The position numbers were made by a program, and so were the translations under genes. 64,000 nt of DNA. Source: Eukaryota sp. TZLM1-RC (taxonomy: Eukaryota; Protista; Metamonada: BaSk clade). Under the pieces are notes generated by a model. That model had not been told where the DNA came from, made no database searches, and worked only from the letters and a program-made list of their open reading frames with translations. Below, piece by piece: positions 57,119 through 64,000 of the stretch. The DNA lies in contig JAUPSS010000007.1 of the NCBI GenBank assembly GCA_040285825.1, positions 892,501-956,500 of the forward strand, given 5' to 3'. The first letter of the stretch is position 1; every line of letters starts with the position of its first letter.

Positions 57119-58144
57119 GTCAAAACAAAACTGATTCACAACATAACCCTTCTCTATATTTAAAGGGATACATCATTATATTACTCAGTCTTGAGTGTCT
57201 ATTCAACACTAATTAGTTGGCTCAAAGCTTCAATTAAGAAGATTACAGTTATACATGGTCCTCGAAAATGTTGTATCATTATTTGTGATTCTAGTCCTGA
57301 CATACTCCCCTACTTACTTGATCTGTATTGAAGCAGGACCAACTGTTGAACATAGCTACATGTGTCCTTCCGTTTAATGAAAGTATCACGTCATCATCGA
57401 TGAACTAATGAACTCATCAATTGACCAATAACCTTTATTATATGTGATTTCATTGTTTATTTCAATGATGTTGGTGCATCTCATTGGTGATTTGAATCGA
57501 ATTGATTGCATTTCCATTGATAACTGGAACATCTCTGTAATGAACATCCGTCCCTTATTTATGTTTATTCACAAGGAACACCTAATTCCAAACTCATTTT
57601 CTTAGATTGAGCCAGAATACAAGGAGTCAAGAATTGAAATTAATCAGGTGAAGAAGTTGGACCTATCAATGTTGGAGAAGTCATCTACTAAACGTTTGCT
57701 TCTCTTTGTTCAAATCAGGGCTATATTTTTCTATTATTTTATTTTTATATATTTTATATTTTTATAAATTTTTTCAAAAATGCATTGAAATTGCTGATGG
57801 TAACAACTTTTTGTTCACCTTTATCACAGAATTGTGGTTCAATATCCAATGATATCAACTATATGCTTAATGTAAATAGATTTATTTAAAAAGTACCCAT
57901 TTGTGAACTGCTGTGAAAAAATTGGAAATAATAAATAAAATAAAATCAAATATCCAAACTTAATAGAATTGTAAAGGATTTCATGATGAATTCATTTTAT
58001 GATGACGATTTCATAAAATTGATGGAGCTGCCTGATCGAATCATTGCAAACCAAAAACTTGCTTTATTACAAAAAATATAAATTCAAAATAATCTTATTT
58101 ACATAACAAAAAAGGTAAAATCAAAATCAACAAATAGACCTACA

Positions 58145-59383
58145 CTAGTCCTTACTCAAATCTAAATCGAGTAACCAAATGAAAAACAGAAATTCCAGTA
58201 AAGAAAGCTGCAAACGGGACTTCCAAACCTTACGAAACATCAACATTGCTCTGTACAGAAAATTGGGAGTTATTAACTGTCTCTCAATCAGTTGAGAGAC
58301 AACACTTGCCTTTTTCACAAACTCTAGATCTCCAAAAGCATAGTAATTGATGTTTCTATAATAAAATAAATTACCTACAATCACTTGTAATACAAAGGCC
58401 CTCTCCTTATCTCCATGGAAAACTCCACATCCCCAGTGTCCTGTTATCAAAGTAGTTCTGCCAGTATCAAAACCGGCACAAAGTTTCATTAAATCTCTGT
58501 TGATGAAATTTTCGCTATATTGGTGTGAAAATCCTCTGCGGTAGTTTGTAGCATCAACAATAATGACATCACATTTATCGTTAGTACAAATGACCTTCTC
58601 CAATCTAGCAGACCGATCGTAGCCCTTGACTTTGCAGTTACGAACGACATCACGTGCGATGACGGCTTCATTATCTTTGAGTGAAGAATTAATCAACATG
58701 GAGGGAAGCAAATCAGCAAACTCCACAAACATAATTTCTTCTTGAACCATACCTCCCCTCAATGTTCCTCCCCCAATATGCTTATTGGCAAAGTCTACCA
58801 TTGCTGCATCAGATGTAGTGTCATCAAACATAGAACCCGTAGGTATCAATGTAATGGTAATAGGGTTGAATTGTGAAGGGATGGTAGGAAGAGAGCAGCA
58901 TTGAGTTCTCTCAAATGAGACAATTCTGGGCCTAATGCTGGTGAAATAACTTAACCAACCCTCCAGCTTACAGAGCAAAACGTCATCTCCAGAGAGCCAA
59001 GAGAGAGGAAGGATCATGTGAAAATTACTCGTAAGTTCTCGTAAAGAGGGATGAGTGTGCATAAAAGAGCCAAAAAAGCAATGAGAGATTATGGATCCAA
59101 TATCATCTGTGGAAAGTTCACATGTTCCAGGTGATGATAACACAGGTATTTTTAGAGGGCGATGTAAATACGAAATCATCTTGTTGATCAGGTCCAACAC
59201 ATTTGGAAGCTGCGTTGCTGAAATCAAAAGATCGATCTGAGATTTGGAAAGTGCATGGCGTTGAGAAATGGTCTTCAAAAGTTGAGAGAGTTGTGAAGTA
59301 TCAGAGACAGATGTTGGCAGTGAAGAGAATGCATCACCATTTCTGGACATACATGTTGATGATTCAGGAACAAAAGTATACAT
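58145..59383 (-). CDS. PARG: Poly(ADP-ribose) glycohydrolase
   Basis: VDFANKHIGGG-x7-QEEIMF catalytic motif; TGHWGCGVFHGD. Confidence 0.92.
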   Translation of the reverse strand: MYTFVPESSTCMSRNGDAFSSLPTSVSDTSQLSQLLKTISQRHALSKSQIDLLISATQLPNVLDLINKMISYLHRPLKIPVLSSPGTCELSTDDIGSIISHCFFGSFMHTHPSLRELTSNFHMILPLSWLSGDDVLLCKLEGWLSYFTSIRPRIVSFERTQCCSLPTIPSQFNPITITLIPTGSMFDDTTSDAAMVDFANKHIGGGTLRGGMVQEEIMFVEFADLLPSMLINSSLKDNEAVIARDVVRNCKVKGYDRSARLEKVICTNDKCDVIIVDATNYRRGFSHQYSENFINRDLMKLCAGFDTGRTTLITGHWGCGVFHGDKERAFVLQVIVGNLFYYRNINYYAFGDLEFVKKASVVSQLIERQLITPNFLYRAMLMFRKVWKSRLQLSLLEFLFFIWLLDLDLSKD

Positions 59384-59434
59384 GGGAATTAGATTGAAAA
59401 TTTAAAGTGGAAGAATTGTTATTGATCCAAAATT

Positions 59435-60750
59435 CTATCTAATATTCAATATCCTCCAAATATGCAAAACTATTACTAAACTTATTCACAGCATTTCGTT
59501 CATATTCTACACCAATAGCTAAAAGATCTTTAGAAATCATTGTTGGAATAGACTTATAAATGCAAAAACAATTTTAGTTAGCCAGAATCAAGAATTTAAT
59601 TTTTTACGACGTCTGTTTTGCAAAATTGACTTAGAATTTCAAAAAAAAATGCAATCCTGAAGGTCGAATATAGCCAAAAAGAGAAATGGCAAACAACACA
59701 AACCGATATTTCAATAATCTTAATTCCAACTCACATATTCAATACATTCTTTGTCCTTTTGCTTTTTCTATATTTGAAACCTTGGGTAAAACTGCGTTTT
59801 CTTATTTGGACGATTTCTCATCAATTGTTAAAAATAGATTTGGAAGAATATTTGACCGAACCTTTTGGCAAAACCGAATTGTATTTTCTATTTTTAAAGG
59901 AATGCATAGTCTTGTTTCTAGCTCGTTGTTATCACTAGGAAAATTTTATGAAGAAAATGCTGTAGGTAAATACTCAATAGTAGATGTGGAGTTTGAGGAG
60001 ATGGATTTTTAGTTTTTTTACAATTTTGTTTGAATAAAATATCCATTTAAAAATAATTCATATTGTTTCATCTTCTTCTTTCGGCGTTGGATAGTGGCGA
60101 TTTAGCAGAATTTCTTCACACATCGACTGAGACAACATCCACAGCATTGAGAAAACCATTGAGCCCTGGAGCTGCTCAATCTGCCCTTCTTTTACCAAGA
60201 GAGTTTTTACTCTGATCTGATGATAGCCTATGTACTAGGTTCAACAAATGCCTCTAGAATGAAACTTTTACACATAACATATAATTGATCACGAACAGAA
60301 TCATGAACAATTGAGCGATAAGTAATAAACTACTTGCAGTTCAAAATATGGGAAAGCGTAACCACATTCTTACAGCGACAAATTAAATCAGTTGGTAATC
60401 GAACAAAGCCATAAGAAACATCTCATATTCATTGCAGTAGTCCATTGATGATCATCAAGTAGAAGACCGCAAATGTGGGGAATTTGGGAGATAAAGCAAC
60501 TTGAACTATTGTGTTTAAGGTCGATCAAACAGACTGCAAAAACATGCTTTTTTTGGGCAATCTAAGACGTACAATATAATCCATGTTTTCTAAAACTTTT
60601 GAGATTTTTTTGCAATCTTGCAAAGGTCAAAGGTAACAAAATCAAGCTTCTTGGAGGAAGTGTCACCATATCAGAGGGAAAACATTGAACCCGAATATTT
60701 GGTGAAAGAGAATCAATTTCCTGTTGTAATGAGATAAGATAAGAGCTGCC
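59435..60750. mobile_element. Cluster of RLE fragments: family C (-) ~59435-59600, family E (+) 59686-60045, another remnant (-) ~60070-60750
   Basis: CPFAFSIF..FWQNRIVFSIFKG..EEMDF*; HILNCK..HDSVRDQLY..EP..PGLNG..DV. Confidence 0.75.
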
Positions 60751-60974
60751 ACAACTTCGACCTTTTTTGGATTATATTATTTAAAATAGTTTTTGTTTAT
60801 ATTTCCACCACTCAAATACACTTATTGCCATTTTCGGTTTGTTTAGATTTTGTCACTTTTTCATATTAAGAATAGTTATTAAAATATGTCTCTGTAGAGC
60901 ACATGGAATTAAACTTCCTTATTGTATATTTATGTACACAAATATTTTGTTTACTAATGTTTATTTATTGCAAA

Positions 60975-61320
60975 ATTTATAAATCAACATCTAAATAATC
61001 CATCTCACCCAAAACAGAAACACTAGACGCAACTCTCTCATAGTGAAATCAAAGAGAAAGCAAGAAATATGCAAATCCATTGAAAGAATTGAAACATGTT
61101 CACCATATAGATTACCAAATTTGCCCATTTGCTATATCGTTGTATGGACGTCTTAGTTTTTCAAATATTATGTTTTTTATTAAACAACATCTAGAACACC
61201 ATCGAAATAATCCATCTCTCCTAAAACAAGACAACTAGATGCAACTCTCTTTTAGTGAGATCCAAGAGAAAGCAAAGCATTACAAACCATCTTCAACATC
61301 CCCTTAAAAATAGAAAACAT
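60975..61320 (-). mobile_element. Two family A 3'-end fragments
   Basis: Match 34100-34250. Confidence 0.75.
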
Positions 61321-61499
61321 ATAGGATGTTTGTTCAAATTTATATCATAACTGTTCGTTCAACAACAGGGTTTGACATGGTACTTTCCCCAATGGCACAC
61401 TTACCTTTAGCTTATGTGCACAATCTCTGTTCTAATACAAGAAGGGTTCACTGAACCTTCAAAGACCACTTGGCTGTAAGACCAAAATTGACACTACCT

Positions 61500-61620
61500 C
61501 ACTATGCTGCAGACAGATGAAGAATTCACGTGATGACGTGGTACTTGTTCGAGGACAAGTATCTTTATTAATAAAGCCTCTTTTCTTCTTCTTTTCATGT
61601 TTGGTATTTCTGCCCAGGTT
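61500..61620 (+). mobile_element. Second LTR + PBS remnant of the 53264 family
   Basis: gatgaagaattcacgtgatgacgtgg..cttttcttc..tggtatttctgccca (PBS 61602-61616). Confidence 0.8.
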
Positions 61621-61917
61621 AATAATGGCAAATTGAATCCGTGAACGCCATAAAAAACATCAAATCTTTTCATTGTTTTTTCTTGCACCATTTTTTGGAG
61701 GTCATCCAAAAAAGTTTCTGCTTCAACTGATAATCTTCCATTTATCGAAAATGGAAAAGTAATAAAAACCAGCTGTGTATTTCTACCAGCATTAGCTTCT
61801 TCAATATCATTATCATATTTTCTATGTTTTTCTTTTGCTTTAAAATCATGAGCACTCACAGGATTAAGTTTTCTTTTGTGAACCAAAGTATCATTTGCAA
61901 CATTACATGAGACAAAG
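61619..61917 (-). mobile_element. Family B internal RLE fragment
   Basis: HKRKLNPV..PFSINGRLSVEAETFL. Confidence 0.85.
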
Positions 61918-61986
61918 CTTTATTAATTTAATAAAACAAATTTATAATCTTTTATTAATACAAAAAAACAAACCTTCTAATTAATT

Positions 61987-62698
61987 CTAATTAATCAACG
62001 AACTTTCATAGGTTGGAATCATATACTTTAAGTTTATAAAAGCATCAGCACCTCCGGTTTCTTCAAACTTTTCCAGTGTTTCTTGAATCAAATCACCCAT
62101 ATTCTGCCTCTTTCTCTGACCATACTCAATAAAATCATCAAGGTGGATGTTCTTGTTCTTGAAGAGATTGAGCACAGGTAAAATCTGACGATAGTATGGG
62201 ACCAACGCTTCTCCAATCATGTCACCTGAAGAGACTAGTAATTGGAGAATTTCAAGCATGGTACAGATTATTTGAGGATCCCGGGTATTAAGAGCGTCTG
62301 TGGTGAGGGCAAACAAACGAAGCGGACAAACTCTTGATGGGGATAATGAGTTGGGGAATGACAGGAAGAATCTTGCCTTTTCCTGCTTTTAAAAGCATCA
62401 CGGTACCTTCTCGTGCCAGGAACCTGTATGGTTCTTCAATTTCGCGAAGACCATCAAAGAAAATGGGAAGATAATGGTGATAATCAAGTTGATCAATGGA
62501 AATACGCCAGTGAACTTTGTTACCAGCACCAGAATGATCGATACTGACTGGAAGATCTCCTCTGTCATAGAAGCGTCGGAATTCTGTGGGAGCTATTGGT
62601 CTTCTCTTATAAGCACCAGCAACTGGAGCTTTTGGACTAGGTTTCTCCTTAGGTTGACGAAGAGAGGATGAAAGTGGAATGTTGCGTGAGGTGACCAT
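61987..62698 (-). CDS. PACRG: Parkin co-regulated gene protein (axonemal), one 34-nt intron (62298-62331)
   Basis: [68 protein letters not shown]. Confidence 0.95.
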
Positions 62699-62856
62699 TG
62701 ATATACAGGTATAAAGATGTTGACTGTTGAGCGGGGTTTACACAAAATCGTATTTCTACACCTAATTTTGGATTTCCATCTCAAACACAAACACCTATCT
62801 GTTAATACATCACATAAGGATTGTACTACATCCACGATTTCGTAGCTTCATCATCA

Positions 62857-63114
62857 ATGGAAGATTTTGAAATTGAGGTTCTTGATTTTCATGGAACTGC
62901 TTTTTGGCAATGGGACACTAAAGACCGTGATTGTTGTGGTATCTGTCACACAGCTTTTGATTCACCTTGTACGAAGTGCATATTGCCTGGTGATAATTGC
63001 CCTCCCTTATGGGGTGAATGTACCCATCCTTTTCACATGCACTGTATACTCCGCTGGTTAGAGGAGAAGATCGAATGCCCACTCTGTCGGCAGGAATTCA
63101 AGATTAAAGAATAA
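62857..63114 (+). CDS. APC11: APC/C RING-H2 subunit APC11
   Basis: WQW..CGIC..AFD..C..C..PGDNCP..WGECTHPFHMHCI..WL..CPLCRQ. Confidence 0.88.
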   Translation: MEDFEIEVLDFHGTAFWQWDTKDRDCCGICHTAFDSPCTKCILPGDNCPPLWGECTHPFHMHCILRWLEEKIECPLCRQEFKIKE

Positions 63115-63639
63115 TAGATACCATTCATTATTTTCTGCTGTCCTATTACTGGTTTAGTTTGTTTGTACATGTTTCCCAAATGTTATTTTTGCACCAACTT
63201 TTCTATTGGATTTTGACTTAATTCTGTGGAGTTTTAAGATTAAATACATGTGTTAGTTTGTGGTTTGTTTAAGGAAAAAACCTTTGTTCATGATTTTTTA
63301 AACACTAATATTTTGTTCTATATCCTTTTGATTGTATGTCATATGTCAGTTACTATACTTAACATCATCTGTTGACACGTGTCGACACGTGTTATGTATA
63401 ATTCCCAACACTGATTTTCCACATCGTTTGTGACTATTAACAGGTTACTTATGATCAATTCTCAATTTATTAATGAGCAGGTTCTTGATCCATCTTTTTC
63501 ATCATTATTTGTTTTGTGTCAAGAAGCTTTTGCTGTTTATTATATTATATTATATTTTTATTAACAAAAATGAGATTATATTTAAATATCCCCATTAATC
63601 AATTATTATCAAAAGAAAAATGTATTTGTTCGAATTCAC

Positions 63640-64000
63640 CTCAACTCACTTTGCGCCATGCTCTGAATTGATAACTTATCGTTCTTCACTACATGATGCT
63701 GTTAGAGACACTGTTTTCAATATGGCACAAACTGCAAGATTATCGTGTATCAAAGAGCCTCTGCTGAATGAAACACTTTCTCTGAATAATTTTGGTTCTG
63801 ATGATATAGGTGATGTATACTGTGATTGGATTGATAATTCTGAAGCTATTGTTGATTTTGTCTCATGCAATGTTGCAAATGATACTTTGGTTCGCAGAAG
63901 AAAACTTAATCCTGTGAGTGCTCTTGATTTTAAAGCAAAAGAGAAACATAGAAAATATGATAAAGATATTGAAGAGGCTAATGTCGATAGAAATACACAG
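63640..64000 (+). mobile_element. Family B RLE fragment running off the window
   Basis: LTLRHALN..HDAVRDTVFNMAQTAR..; matches 5130-5480. Confidence 0.85.

Noticed and set aside
6082-63114. Alternative genetic code
   Set aside because: TAA, TAG and TGA all terminate conserved genes; frame breaks are explained by tiny introns or TE decay
63361-63373. 13-nt match (aacatcatctgtt) to the ghost-copy flank as a Fanzor target
   Set aside because: The scaffold-proximal seed positions mismatch, and the match is plausible by chance in AT-rich DNA

Overview
AT-rich eukaryotic DNA, most likely from a flagellated protist (PACRG present, tiny 26-34 nt spliceosomal introns, standard code with all three stops used, very short upstream regions). 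About 18 host genes are separated by intergenic tracts packed with decayed mobile DNA. The genes are TmcB-like, DBP4, XPO1, an LRR protein, a hypothetical protein, a tandem UEV, importin-alpha-like, DBP9, UTP14, FDXR/Arh1-like, ARMC8-like, TRIM-like, FHIT-like, a mitochondrial carrier, a cathepsin B-EGF fusion, PARG, PACRG and APC11. The mobile DNA includes at least 6 families of RLE-type non-LTR retrotransposon, a complete hAT (8-bp TSD), a deleted MULE (9-bp TSD), a Merlin-like MITE, LTR remnants and a Fanzor1 pseudogene. The most notable signal is the Fanzor 3' end (putative omegaRNA scaffold). It occurs twice (67/70 nt identical), once on the pseudogene and once as an ORF-less ghost. Both copies sit co-oriented 20-21 nt upstream of a host start codon (DBP4 and FHIT-like), so the predicted guide is the host gene's 5' leader. 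All family calls come from motif recognition by eye; no searches were run, and boundaries of decayed elements are approximate.
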